Positions 1 to 11,239 of a DNA stretch of 64,000 bases are shown here, in pieces. The stretch's first letter is position 1; every line of letters starts with the position of its first letter. Below the pieces are notes generated by a model. It ran no database searches and was not told the origin of the DNA. It saw nothing but the letters and a program-made list of their open reading frames with translations. This DNA is from Amphiura filiformis (taxonomy: Eukaryota), in assembly GCF_039555335.1 (NCBI RefSeq), contig NC_092647.1, positions 18,756,946 to 18,820,945 of the forward strand. The letters are read 5' to 3'. Both the position numbers and the translations under genes were made by a program.

Positions 1-275
1 ATGTGAGTATGATAGTGTAAGTAGGGTTTATGTTTAATGCTTTTGTATATCAGCAAATGAGGACACACATGAGAAATCTCTGTAACTATGGACATGTAAG
101 AACTGCGGACATCTGCAGTTCCTGGACAATATTTCTATATCGAAAACACCATTTAAAAGCAGTGTCAGCATAACTTACTAAATTTATAGTAGGTGGTTGT
201 GTAGGGGTGTAGGGGTGGGGTGTGGGGTGGATCTGTGTGTATTTATTTTGATTAATAAAAGTCTGTTTCCTGCAG

Positions 276-408
276 GTGTCTGAGAGATTGAAGACCATGG
301 CCCACACAGTATCTAATCTGCTACAAGAAGTACTACAGAGGCTAGAAGGGGACCATGATAAAGACCTTGTGGCTATTGCTTTGGTCCTGTTGGTCTGTGC
401 AAGAGATG
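276..408 (+). CDS. Exon 1 in window (gene continues upstream) of NACHT-WD40 (TEP1/NWD-like) gene; helical linker region
   Basis: Acceptor tttcctgcag|GTG at 271-275, donor GTATGT at 409. Open frame translates VSERLKTMAHTVSNLLQEVLQRLEGDHDKDLVAIALVLLVCARDG. Ends phase 1, consistent with exon 2. Confidence 0.6.
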
Positions 409-2147
409 GTATGTATTCAAAATACACTACTGTAAAAGAATTAAGGTACTTAAAGTCCCATTCAGTGATCCCAGCGCAAGTGTGAAAAAAATAAAATTGT
501 TTACAAATTGCTTAAAAGTGAAGGATAAGTCATTCAAACTGTCATTTGGTATTTTTGAAATGACAAATTTGGCAAAAAACGAACAAAAACAGCAGTACTG
601 ACGAAGTTGAAGCCCCATTCAAATACATGTAGCTAATTTAGATACTGTCAGTATCTAAATTACAGATTTGTGTCAAATGTCTTATTTTGTCTTAAATACA
701 CGGCTTTTGGCTGAACCACTCGCAGGCTATGTTAGCACATCTATGACAATGACAAAGGTACCAAAATCTGAATTTTTATGAATTTTACGATTGTCCGGAT
801 GAGCAAATCACTGAATGGGCCTTTAAGGTTCACTCCTGTAAAGAAAGACAAATAGGTCAAAATGAAAACAAACAGCCAATAGCTGTACCTTTTAGCTCTG
901 CTTTCAGACCTCATTTGTTGAAATTGATTGAGAATGAAAGAAACATTTATCTAAAACCCAAGGAAGGAACAAAATCAAAAAGTTGCATTTTAATGATCTA
1001 GTCAAAGGAAAGTACGGTGCTAGTTCTCCTGTTGCAGAACACTGTGTGTACAAATCAGTGGGGCATACAATGGAGCAATCTGCAACTTTCGTTTTTGCAT
1101 CTACCTTAGAATTTTGGATCATCATCTTTATTTCTTGACTAATTTCAACAAATGAGGTCTTAAATCCAAGCTAAAAGATGCAGCTATTGGCTGCTGGTTC
1201 TAATTATGACATACCTGTCTTTGTTAAAGATATACAGGGGTAAAATTATTGCTACCTTAATTCATTTGTAGTCTGTATGCTACTCAAAATATTTAACGGA
1301 TCAGAGACAAAGAGGTTTTTACTTTAGTAAAACAAGATGAGCTTATCTGTATACCGCTGCGTGGCTGCAAACGTAACCGTCTCAGCTGAAACATGCATGT
1401 AAATGAATCAAAAAAGGTACGGAAAGACATTCGCATCACGGATGTCGAAGTTCACTTTCCAATTATGCAATCTGTAGTTAGGATAACGAAAACGACTGGT
1501 AAGCAAGTCTACTAAATTGCTTCAAAATCTGAAGGGAAAAAATGGCGGACAAATCAGACCTTTCCTGAATTAATGCAGCATATTTAGCCATTGTCAAAAT
1601 GGGGTCATCGCCAGGAATATTTTCCCTATATAAAAACTAACACCTCCGCTTATATGGTATTTCATGATATAACATTAATGGAAAGAAAAGTGCAAATGTT
1701 TTTGTGTTTCAATCGGACGAGTAACAAGCTCTATGACATTGTGATGTAAACAATGTCCGGGCCATTAATAATTAATTAGGTAAACCCAAATATGGAAACC
1801 TCCAAAAGTCAGAATACGATCAGCCCATCCCAGCTCCAATTCTATGCAAATGAGTTGAAGGAGGTTACGTGAACATGTACACTGGTTCGTCTCTTGTGTA
1901 TAGTGGACCTCTGTGATCAGAGACTACAATCCTGATTTTTATTCTTTTGTTGCCGAGAAAAGTGTATTTCAGTGTCACAGGACTTCAGTACTTATTAATA
2001 CAAGTCTCAAGTAGCCTAAACATTATTGAATGAAATATTACACTCATCAGATTTATAATGCTACTGCTGTTTTTGAAATATACTAATAAATACTTATTTA
2101 TCAAGACTTTGTTGAAGACTACTTATTACATCTCATTGACTTCACAG

Positions 2148-2331
2148 GCCTACTGGAGGATGAATTGCATCATCTCCTTAGCCTTTACCAAGTCCTTGGA
2201 AACAGCAAGTTTACTTATCAAGATGTGAAGAACATCCAGGTGTCAGCTGATTCCATGATGCCTCAGGCTGTCTTTGCTATGCTACTCAGGGGAATCAAAG
2301 GATTCCTGGGACCAACAGGAGGTGATCATAG
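2148..2331 (+). CDS. Exon 2 (helical region)
   Basis: Acceptor ttcacag|GCC, donor ATAG|gtgaga at 2332. Translates LLEDELHHLLSLYQVLGNSKFTYQDVKNIQVSADSMMPQAVFAMLLRGIKGFLGPTGGDH. Phase matches exons 1 and 3. Confidence 0.7.
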
Positions 2332-2344
2332 GTGAGAAATATAT

Positions 2345-2482
2345 TAACTCTCTCCACATGGGTGTCGACTGCAGACGACAAGTTTCAAATTTTCTTTAAA
2401 AATACAACAATTTCTGAATTGTACATGACCATATTTGGCATCAGCATGAAAAATGCATTTAAATGAGTTCAAACAAGCCTAC
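2345..2482. repeat. Dispersed repeat copy. The same ~135-bp sequence recurs at 35848-35982.
   Basis: Near-identical stretch ...ctctc..gtgtcgactgcagacgacaagtttcaaatt...cagcatgaaaaatgcatttaaatgagt.caaacaagccta at both positions. Each lies immediately after an exon (exon 2 and exon 23). Confidence 0.55.
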
Positions 2483-2699
2483 AGTTTCTGCCAGAGAAGA
2501 ACAGCAGTTGTTTACATTTTGAGAGCGTGCTCATTGGCTGATTCAATTGTCTGACAATCATTACAACAGGTAATCTGATTGGTCGATTACGGCGTCATAA
2601 CGTTGGTTGGTGTAAACAAAGTTTCGCATATGTCGCTCATTAACAGGGTGCTCGCGTCAATCTGAGCAAGGGACCTTCGTTCTTCTCTGAAACCGAGTG

Positions 2700-3140
2700 T
2701 AGTATTGGTTCTGTAGTTCTTGAGATCTAGATATTTTGAGAAAATATCTCAAAACTTTTTATGTTGAGGCCTATGGCTAGCACGCACAGCATTAAGGAAA
2801 CATATGAAGGACTATCCGTGAAGAGATGCATTTGTAGGATTGAATAAATAGCTGCCAGATGGCATATTGTCAGATTGTGTACAATGTAGAATGCACAAAT
2901 TGTCAAATATCTATAGGGCAGCAATTGCAGTTTATGTCTGCCAAATCAAATCTAAAATTTACTCATAATTCTTAGCTTTTGCTATCTTGCCTGTGGACTA
3001 AGCCATCTGTGGCAAAGCTTTTGCCCTAAACCCCTGATTAATCCAATCCTTAATACACTGCGTGCTAGCCATACGCTTCAACATAACAAGTAAAAGTTTT
3101 GAGATATTTTATCAAAATATCAAGAACTATCTCAAGCACG
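2700..3140. mobile_element. Nonautonomous TIR element in intron 2. Related TIR fragments are at 27385-27480 and 36000-36075.
   Basis: Inverted repeats of ~85 bp (2700-2790 versus 3055-3140): ...cttgagatagttcttgatattttgagaaaatatctcaaaactttt.atgttgaagcctatggctagca. Confidence 0.5.
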
Positions 3141-3329
3141 CTTCTTCATGGCATCATCATATCAGCACCACATTCGCTGGTCAAGCTGCATAGCATCGCG
3201 TGACCTAGTTCTATTTACGCGATAATCACAAAGAACAGATGGACACTGTTGAAGGAATTTGCTGAATGGTATATTCTGAAAAGGTAAATACAATAAATAC
3301 AGCCAATGAAGAGCACACACATTCAGACA

Positions 3330-3900
3330 TTACTCCCCATTCCAGAAAAATACAGAACTATTTTTTTTTGGATTAAAAAAATATTATCCGGTTTTGCCAA
3401 ATGAAACCTAGCTTAATCATAATCCTTTAGGTAGTCCTAACTGGTAATAAAAGTCAAATTTTAATATTTGGTCAATTTTTGTAAATAAGGGTGTTTTTCG
3501 ACCATTTTCGTATTCTGTGACAATCAGGCACAAAGACTTGAACAAAGACTAATTTCAAGTTGTGCATTCTAATCTTTTTCATGCCCAATTAGCAAAAATA
3601 ACATACAATATTAAAATTATGAGCTAATTCTTAGCCTATACTCAAGATGTTGAATGCTTAGACTAGTGCCAAGTCTTACAATTTTGTCACTACAGTTGTA
3701 AGAAAACATGCAAAATTGCATGTTTTTGGAACATTTTACCTCAAATTGCAAAAATATTAAAATTGGACTTTTATTGCCAGTTAGGACAACTATAAAGGAT
3801 TAAGATTTAGCTATTTTTCATTTGGCAAAACAGGTTAATATTTTTTTAATTCCAAAAAATTAGTGCTGTATTATTCTGGAATAGGGAGTAGAAACAACAC
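3330..3900. mobile_element. Palindromic MITE, ~570 bp, with long hairpin arms
   Basis: ctccccattccagaaaaatacagaac...ccggttttgccaaatgaaa...cctttaggtagtcctaactggtaataaaagtc is mirrored by gacttttattgccagttaggacaactataaagg...tttggcaaaacagg...gttctgtattattctggaataggga(g). Confidence 0.55.
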
Positions 3901-4002
3901 ACTGAAGGAGTAGCATTAGGTTTGTTCTTTAGGATTAGGATTATTGTTGAAGTGACAACCACAAATTTTAAAGTTGTTCCAATATTTCTTATCTTAATTT
4001 AG

Positions 4003-4112
4003 TGTGAATCGTTTGAGTCTGGCCCATGGTGAAGTTGAGAAGGCTGTAAGACAGAGGTACATGCGAGGTGCAGCAGCAGAACTAGAGAGCAGACTACATG
4101 CATTGTTAGCTG
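4003..4112 (+). CDS. Exon 3
   Basis: Acceptor ttaatttag|TGTG, donor GCTG|gtgagt at 4113. Translates SVNRLSLAHGEVEKAVRQRYMRGAAAELESRLHALLA. Phase-consistent. Confidence 0.65.
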
Positions 4113-4172
4113 GTGAGTATTGAGGTTGCTTTTGTCTAGTGTTTTTTTACTTTGGTTTGCTCATGTTGTTAG

Positions 4173-4335
4173 GGCTGTGACACCGTGACTTCTCTTTAGT
4201 CCGAAGGGTCGCTAGTCTGAAGGTCCTCTAATCCGAAGTCGCTAGTCCGAAAACCAAATTAAGGTTGCTAATCTGAAGGTTCTCTAGTCCGAATATAGAA
4301 TAAGGGTTAGTGTTTGGGTTTAAAGTTAGGGTTTC

Positions 4336-4367
<32 letters not shown>

Positions 4368-4601
4368 CGAGCCTTATTCTATATTCGGACTAGAGAACCT
4401 TATTCATTATTTGGACTAGCAAACCCTCGGACTAGAGAACCTGATATTCGGACTAGAGAACCTGATATTCGGACTAGCGAACCTTGTTCAGAATTCGGAC
4501 TAGCGAATGGTAAATTATGTGTTCGGACTAGCGAACCTTCGGACTAAGGAGCCTTTGGACTAGGGAACCTTCTGACTAGAGAGTTGTCACCTGTGACACA
4601 G
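4173..4601. mobile_element. Hairpin element with an interstitial telomere-like (TTAGGG)n core and GACTAG(C/A)GAACC subrepeats
   Basis: TIR ggctgtgacaccgtgac / gtcacctgtgacacagc. Arms hold repeated tagtccgaa / ttcggacta units. Centre 4300-4370 is gggttagtgtttgggtttaaagttagggtttcgggttagggttagggtttagggttagggttag. Confidence 0.55.
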
Positions 4602-4669
4602 CATTTACATATTGACTGGGAAGGGAAGGGAACAGATGGCTGGCTGTAAGACAGAGATTCATGCAAGGT

Positions 4670-4790
4670 GCAGTAGCAGAGCCAGGGTTGCCAAACCTGC
4701 ATATTGGTAGCCCAATTGGGCGACTTTCGAAAATTTTCCCTGCGGCTTTTGACAATTTCCTGTCCCATAGAAACCACAGAGGTACATGCA
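4670..4790. repeat. Partial copy of the CAGGGTTGCCAAA MITE family (full copy at 25446-25692)
   Basis: ccagggttgccaaacc...tagcccaattgggcgactttcgaaaattttccc...cttttgacaatttcctgtcccatagaaacca matches the inner part of 25446-25692. Confidence 0.4.
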
Positions 4791-4864
4791 ACTTGTTGCT
4801 GAGAACATATTATGTACCGATTTTCCTAACTGCTAAACTGCTAACACTGTTTTAATTTATATAG

Positions 4865-5139
4865 GATATTTCTACTCCCAAGCTGACCCAAACAAGGACC
4901 ACACCTGGCGTGGCAAACAAGTGCGCCCTCTATCACACTTAGCCTACCATCTCGCAAGTGCCAATGCCTATCAAGATTTGGCTTCAGTTCTATGCAGCCT
5001 GCATTACATCAAGGTCAAATGTCAACTAGGCCTAGCTGCTCAGCTATTGGAGGATTATCAGGCTGTAGGAGGGACTACCAGCGCAAACCGCAGTGTGCAA
5101 AGAGAGAGGGAGAAGTTCTTAGCTAGGCCTAATATACAA
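4865..5139 (+). CDS. Exon 4 (linker with the HLAYHL...LCSLHYIKVKCQLGLAAQLLEDY motif typical of NACHT-WD/TEP1-like proteins)
   Basis: Acceptor tttatatag|GATA, donor CAAG|gtaagt at 5140. A 91-codon open frame: YFYSQADPNKDHTWRGKQVRPLSHLAYHLASANAYQDLASVLCSLHYIKVKCQLGLAAQLLEDYQAVGGTTSANRSVQREREKFLARPNIQ. Confidence 0.75.
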
Positions 5140-5199
5140 GTAAGTGTGATTATTCAAATTTCAAATGGATATTTCACCCATATTATAATAACATACAGC

Positions 5200-5615
5200 T
5201 TAGACATTTTGGATTTTAGTTTGACAGCTCTATGTTCGTTGAATAGATTCATCAGGTTTGTTCAGTAAATAGACATTTTGGATTTTAGTTTGACAAAACC
5301 GAGTGAATATTTGGTACTCACCACAATGTTTCGTCCTACTTATCGGAGGACTTCATCAGGTATGACTGATATGGTCATCTGATCCACTTTCCCGGGAAAC
5401 AAGCTTCCCGGAAACAAGTTTGAGTGGTTTCTGGAGTTGCTTGTTTCCCGGGAAAGTGGATCAGATGACCATATCAGTCATACCTTATGAAGTCCTCTGA
5501 TGGGTAGGACGAAATATTGTGGTGAGTACCAAATATTCACTCGGTTTTGTCAAACTAAAATCCAAAATGTCTATTTACTGAACAAACCTGATGAATCTAT
5601 TCAACGAACATAGAG
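5200..5615. mobile_element. Palindromic MITE with ~150-bp hairpin arms in intron 4
   Basis: ...ggattttagtttgacaaaaccgagtgaatatttggtactcaccacaat... mirrored as ...attgtggtgagtaccaaatattcactcggttttgtcaaactaaaatcc... around the centre ggaaacaagcttcccggaaacaag. Confidence 0.6.
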
Positions 5616-5859
5616 CTTGCTTGTATTGCACCTGAATCTATGTAATAGAAACCTTTATGTAGATAAATATAATACCTAATCACTTGTAGTAAGAAGGTTT
5701 TCTATATTCTCTGTTAAAGCCAGGCCCTTGGAACTTGGAAGTAAAACAGTGTATTAATATGAGACTTATTTTGGAAGGTTTGACATCACTGCCCTTAGAT
5801 TAATGTATTAAGTCTCGGGTTCATCGCACTATGTGCTATATTTTTAGTCTGTGATAAAG

Positions 5860-6175
5860 CTAAAGCATCCACTTTTTATGACATTTTTCAGTAGATATCC
5901 ACGAAAAGAGCTTATTCCCAAAATTTCAGTTGATTCCGATTTTGCGTTTGCGAGTTATGCATTATTATGTGTATTACACTGCTCCATAGGCCACTGTTGT
6001 AATTTCGTTCTGGTATACCAGAAAACAAATTTGACAATATTTTTGCTAAACGAATGATTCTCCAAGAAATTTTTGGTACATAAACATTATGTCACCAGAG
6101 GTTTCCAGTGGTGTAACAATCTCAACTTTTTTTGAGAAAAGTGGGGGGATGAGACTGTGGATCACGAAATGCCCT
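5860..6175. repeat. Dispersed repeat family. Related copies at 20045-20345 and 32440-32590.
   Basis: Shared blocks: atccac.aaa..gattattcccaaaatttcagttgattccgattttgc.tttgcgagttatgcat...ccataggccactgt.gtaatttt and gtcaccagaggtttccagtggt...gatgag.ctgtggatc.c.aaatgccc. Confidence 0.5.
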
Positions 6176-6600
6176 TTTACAAAGCCGTCAAAACATATCA
6201 CAATAAAAGGCTGATAACTCGGCTAACCAGGAGATTAGCATCAGGCTTAAGATAGAGGTTATCCACGTTACTCATGTGTGACTTCTAACAAAAGGCGCTG
6301 GTTCCCGTAGTATTCCTCATTCAAACCAATTCAATGCACAACCTTGGAATTACTTGCATGACTTTGGCGGGCTATTTTAAAACAGTCATGGTTGCACATG
6401 CAGGTACTTCTTTTGAAAATCCTAAACAAGGTCTAGCAGTCACTAATAGAATATGCAGCTTATAGAACACGGATAACCTCTATTATGGGTAGGGTTAGGT
6501 TAAAGTTAATCTTAATGGGATTAAGATATTAAGATTAGGATTATGGCTATGCGGACAACCACTGTTTTAAAGTTGCTTCAATATTTCTTTTCTTTGTCAG

Positions 6601-6822
6601 GTTTTCCGGTCTTTTGTCTCACGTAATCTTCACATTCTGACACGCTACCCTGCCCTCACTTGGCAGCAAGCAGCGAATGAGCCGTCAGATTCCCCTGTCT
6701 GTCAAGCTATCAGGACCATGATGGAAAGTTCACATGGCAATAGAGATCTCAATATCTTTGAATGGAAAAACAAAGCTGAAACTGAGGAGTCTTGCATGAT
6801 GACATTAACTGGGTGTTCACAG
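6601..6822 (+). CDS. Exon 5 (end of helical region, lead-in to the WD40 propeller)
   Basis: Acceptor ttctttgtcag|GTT, donor CACAG|gtaaga at 6823. 74 codons: VFRSFVSRNLHILTRYPALTWQQAANEPSDSPVCQAIRTMMESSHGNRDLNIFEWKNKAETEESCMMTLTGCSQ. Confidence 0.75.
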
Positions 6823-6869
6823 GTAAGAATCATTTGATTTTGATTTTAAAGATTTTTTTAATAAACTAT

Positions 6870-7150
6870 ATTTATGTAAATCCATATCAAAAGGATTCAC
6901 TTGTCGGTTGTTACATGTGTCTCTTTTTACATAATAGGAAATACCAGACTCATCTCAAGTAGTGGTCACTTCAAATCATCTTCAAGTGACATAGTTTTTA
7001 AGAATGTTTTCTGTATTCCTAAACCATGTGACCTGGGGAAGATTTGAAGTGACCTCCACTTGAGATGAGTCTGGTATTTATTCCTAGCTTTGATGTAAAA
7101 AAAGGCACATGTTACAGCCGACAAGTGCATCCTTTTGATATGGATATACA
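6870..7150. mobile_element. Palindromic hairpin element in intron 5
   Basis: Inner arms ccagactcatctcaagtagtggtcacttcaaatcatcttc / gaagatttgaagtgacctccacttgagatgagtctgg. Outer arms atccatatcaaaaggattcacttgtcgg.tgttacatgtg / cacatgttacagccgacaagtgcatccttttgatatggat. Confidence 0.55.
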
Positions 7151-7766
7151 TGTACACATAATAATTTGATGTCCAATTCAGACACCATTCTATCATAATG
7201 CCCAGGGCAGGTGTTTGAACAGCCTTGTTTTTTCAATCCCTTGGACACTACTGGTCATCTAACAGCATTTCTGATTGGTTTATAACTTGAAATGCTCATT
7301 TCTATTGCCAATTATGACTAGCCTTTAAACTATATATGGTCAAACTTGCATTTGCTGATAATCTTAATAATACCCTCCTTGATTGGTTCAAAATTGGACA
7401 AAATATTCATTTTGTCCAATCAGCAGGAAGTTCTTATGGTGTTAACCATGGAGGAGGTACTCAAGTTTGGCCTGGGTAGGGATGTGCCTCTGAGATACTG
7501 AAAATGGACCCATATTTATACTAATTTCCCAAAAATATTGACCCATTTCTTTACTGAGGCCCTGATTTAAACTAAATGGCTAAATTAAAGAAAATTCTAT
7601 GCAAAATTTCTGGAAAAAAAGACATTTGGGCTCCAGTTAGGAAAATGGGGATATTTCTTTAAAAAAAATGAAAACAATGACCCTTTATTTGTATCAAAAT
7701 GACCAAAAAATGGGTCATTTTTGAGCCTGTGTTCAGTATGATGAGTTTCTTTTCTTTCACTTACAG

Positions 7767-7862
7767 CCTGTTAACTGTGTAGCTATATCTGCTGGTGATC
7801 ACTTCTTTGCATCTGGTTCCCAAGACTGCTCAGTAAAACTCTATGACACAGAGACAGGAAAG
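7767..7862 (+). CDS. Exon 6 (WD40 repeat)
   Basis: cacttacag|CCT and GGAAAG|gtgagt. Translates PVNCVAISAGDHFFASGSQDCSVKLYDTETGK, a classic WD ending. Confidence 0.8.
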
Positions 7863-8059
7863 GTGAGTTAGGCAGATGTAAATAAATGGTGAGACTGGAA
7901 AAAAACCCAAGATTTTCTCTTTGTTGAACCTTGTTGCTGTATACCCTCTGCGCTAATTTACCACAGATACTTACATTTTGTTTACTGTGTTTGCTTTTAG
8001 ACCAATAATCATTACCCCAATAACAATAATACGAAACCATTCATTATTATTTTTCGCAG

Positions 8060-8184
8060 GAATTGAAGAGCTTTTTGGGACATTCAGATGCCATCATCAG
8101 TTGTTGCTTTGTAGGTAGACAGAGACTTGTAACTGCATCATTGGATAATACTCTCAGCCTTTGGGATGTTGAACATGGTCATAG
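8060..8184 (+). CDS. Exon 7 (WD40 repeat)
   Basis: ttttcgcag|GAA and CATAG|gtaagt. Translates ELKSFLGHSDAIISCCFVGRQRLVTASLDNTLSLWDVEHGH. Confidence 0.8.
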
Positions 8185-8264
8185 GTAAGTGATATGGTGT
8201 CTGTTTGCCTGTTAGTTTGCTGGGGTGCATTTGTTTGTGAGTATGTTTGTTTGTGTGTTTGTTA

Positions 8265-8985
8265 TGCATTGTAATGAAAGACAGAGATAAAAAGACTAAA
8301 TCGCGTCTGACGTCGCTGTCAATCAAATTCCCTACGATCCTTAAAGGCCCATATAAATTTAACAGATGTGGAAATAGGAGCATAAACTGACCAGTAAATA
8401 CCAGTTGTAGTCCTACTAATTCATGGCATATTGGATGGATGGCCTAGGGGAAAGTTAGCCCATATTTGCAAGACTATTCCTGCTTTCAAGGTGAAACAAA
8501 CCTACTCATGTTACCCTCTGGCCATGGGCTGGTCTGGTGTCAGATCTTACCCAGGGAAAGATGACATTCCAGTATTGGCCTTTAAGACAATAAACAAATA
8601 GTCCTTGATTTTTTAATAGCGCATAAAAGGAAGGCCGATTTATCTTGTCCCGATCGGAGAAAAGGAATAGCAGAAAATGGCGAAAATTATTTACTTTTAA
8701 AAAGGCAAAGAGCAACTTTTCTAGGCATTGTTGACATGGTGCCTTCGGGAAAGAAAGTTTCCTACTATAAAGACCTTAATTTTTGAGATGGTTTGTATGT
8801 TTGAAGGTGCAAAATTAACCAATATAAATAATCGATTAAATTATTAATAAGGGCCCCGGTTGTACCACCATGTTCAGCAAGTCATCATCACAACACTTGT
8901 TACCAAACCGTGCTCGATTGATTGATTGATTGATTGACAGATGACGGCAGACGTGATTTAGTCTTTTTATCTCTGTCTTTCATTA
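8265..8985. mobile_element. TIR MITE (~720 bp) in intron 7. A shorter relative lies at 13560-13975.
   Basis: TIR gaaagacagagataaaaagactaaatcgcgtctgacgtcgctgtcaatcaa (8265-8315) and its reverse complement at 8930-8985. The internal block 8700-8820 also appears, reversed, at 13690-13810. Confidence 0.6.
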
Positions 8986-9360
8986 TACCGGATACCCTGC
9001 CCCACTACAGGGGAGATACACAAGGTGTTGAATTTTGAGCTATTTTGTTGAGATAAGATTAGCTTAGAGACCAGCTGTAGACCCTGTTCCAGGAAATTGG
9101 TCATGTTAACAAAAGGAGTAGGCTACCCTGCACCGCAGGCGTATTCAGGTGAACTCAGGCATTGCTTACCCCCGGGGAAGGAGGGGAGGTATGCGGAGAC
9201 CAGCGCCTTAATGTTTACTCTTTGTAAAGGCTTCCTAGTGTTGTATAAAGTGTGCATAGAATATGCATGTTGTGGTCTTTTTTGGTCAATCTGGCTGTTG
9301 TCACTTGGTGGGCATTATGGGGCTTCATATTATTAATCATGTGTTTTTATTCTTGTACAG

Positions 9361-9619
9361 GATTGCTGTAATGAAAGGCCACAGGCGTCAAGTAAACCAC
9401 TGTTGCTCCAATGCTAGCGGCACTGTGATTGCTTCGTCATCATGGGATTGCTGCATCAAGCTTTGGGATGGCAACACTGGCAAACCCACTGATACTATCA
9501 GGGCAGACTCTAAACCAATCAACTGTGCTGCTTTCCACCCTGAAGGCAAACTGATTGCGACTGGCTGCTGGGATGCTACGCTGAAAATATGGGATAGCTT
9601 CAACAAGAAAAGAGTCGCT
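9361..9619 (+). CDS. Exon 8 (two WD40 repeats)
   Basis: tcttgtacag|GATT and GTCGCT|gtgagt. Translates RIAVMKGHRRQVNHCCSNASGTVIASSSWDCCIKLWDGNTGKPTDTIRADSKPINCAAFHPEGKLIATGCWDATLKIWDSFNKKRVA. Supported by the track ORF at 9263..9643. Confidence 0.85.
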
Positions 9620-9770
9620 GTGAGTAATTCATTTATAGTTTAATAAATTACACGGAGCGTATGCCCGTGAATTGTTCGCAATGCATTGTTCGTATTTTGT
9701 AATGTTTATTCTGATTGGTTCTCACTATCTAAGAGTGTACAAATACTATTTAAGATTGTCCAAACCAAAT

Positions 9771-10137
9771 TTAAGGTGGTACTACACCCCCTGATAAATT
9801 TTGTGACTAATGTTGCATTTTTCTCAAAAAATAACTGAACACTGGTAACAAAAGTTATGTATATTATTGGGGCAAGGAATCAAATTATTTCACTGAAATT
9901 TCAGTGATTCAAGACAAGTGGTTCATTATATATGTTAAGAAATGAGGTACATTCTAGTGGTACCTCTTTTCTTATCATAAATAACATACCGCTTGTCTTG
10001 AGTCACTGAAATTCCAGTGTAGTAACTGCATTCCTTGCCCCATAATATACATAACTTTTGTTACCAGTGTGTTATAATTATTTGAGAAAAATGAAAAAAT
10101 AGTCACAAATTTATCAAGGGGTGTAGCACCACCTTAA
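9771..10137. mobile_element. TTAA-flanked MITE (family A, TIR GGKGGTACTACACCCC). Other copies at 15919-16251 and 41093-41445.
   Basis: ttaaGGTGGTACTACACCCCCTGATAAATTTTGTGAC...GTCACAAATTTATCAAGGGGTGTAGCACCACCttaa. All three copies sit between TTAA tetranucleotides, the piggyBac-type target site. Confidence 0.65.
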
Positions 10138-10742
10138 GGAATAGTGATTTTCATTCATATTTAGCCAAAAATCAAGTGAAATAGCATGTTTGTATGATTT
10201 TTTTAGCGTATTTTTTGTACATAGCCAGTATTCCCAATTTTGCAAGGGCGCACTCATATTATGACACCATAGCGCTGTAATGTGGAGCATGTTGGTACTT
10301 ACTATGAACATTGTGTACGCGTTTTGACTAATATTTCCATCATAATGATTAAACAACAGTTCCTGTGCTTTATTCAAAGTTTTTGATTTTGACAAAACTA
10401 CAGCACCTTTTTAATTCTTGATTTTGATTTTTGCAGGGTATGTTAGTTTAATAAAGTACATTACAATGGTGTAAAAAAACAGAATTGTGAAAAATATTGA
10501 GGCGGCATCCTCAGCAAATGTTACCATATGGCTTTAAGTGAGAGGCATGCTAATTAGGTCTAATACAGTACTCTCTGTTATCAAAGTGTAATTTTTAATA
10601 CAAACACACATCACACTCCAAAATTCCATGGAAGATATTCAAAAATTTTGTTTGGATCAAAAATTGCAACTCCAATCACAAATTTACGAACACAGAAATC
10701 TTTAATTTGTATCTGTTGTTTTCAATTTATTGTTTTCTTTAG

Positions 10743-10862
10743 ATCTTGAGAGGTCACAGGTCATCTGTGAGGGCAGTAGCATATTCTCCTAGTGGTCGAC
10801 ATATCGCATCGGCATCATTAGATGGCGCTGTCAAACTTTGGTCAGCTAACACAGGAACACAG
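10743..10862 (+). CDS. Exon 9 (WD40 repeat)
   Basis: ttttctttag|ATC and ACACAG|gtgggt. Translates ILRGHRSSVRAVAYSPSGRHIASASLDGAVKLWSANTGTQ. Confidence 0.85.
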
Positions 10863-11239
10863 GTGGGTATTTCTTCTTGCTGTTTTAGTAGTTTTAATGA
10901 CAATGAAGGGAACAAATCAATACCTATGCATTTGTGACCCATCACATCGAAACAGACCACTTCGCGGCTAGCTTCATTGGCAGATAACAATGAAAGAAGA
11001 TAAAAAATTATAAAGAAAATAAAAAGAATTCTGAGCTTGTTTTTCCTCATAAAACATTTTTACTGTATCTGATTTCAACAAGTAATTAAAGGTGTCATTT
11101 TCAAGCTAAAAAGCAGCAGTTTAAATCTCCATTTTCATTTCTGCCACTAGGTGGTCTGTTTCAATGTGACAGGTCACATTTTTTCATTATGGTTGACAAA
11201 ATCAAGTAAATTTTTACTTGCTACAATATTTTGTCCTTC

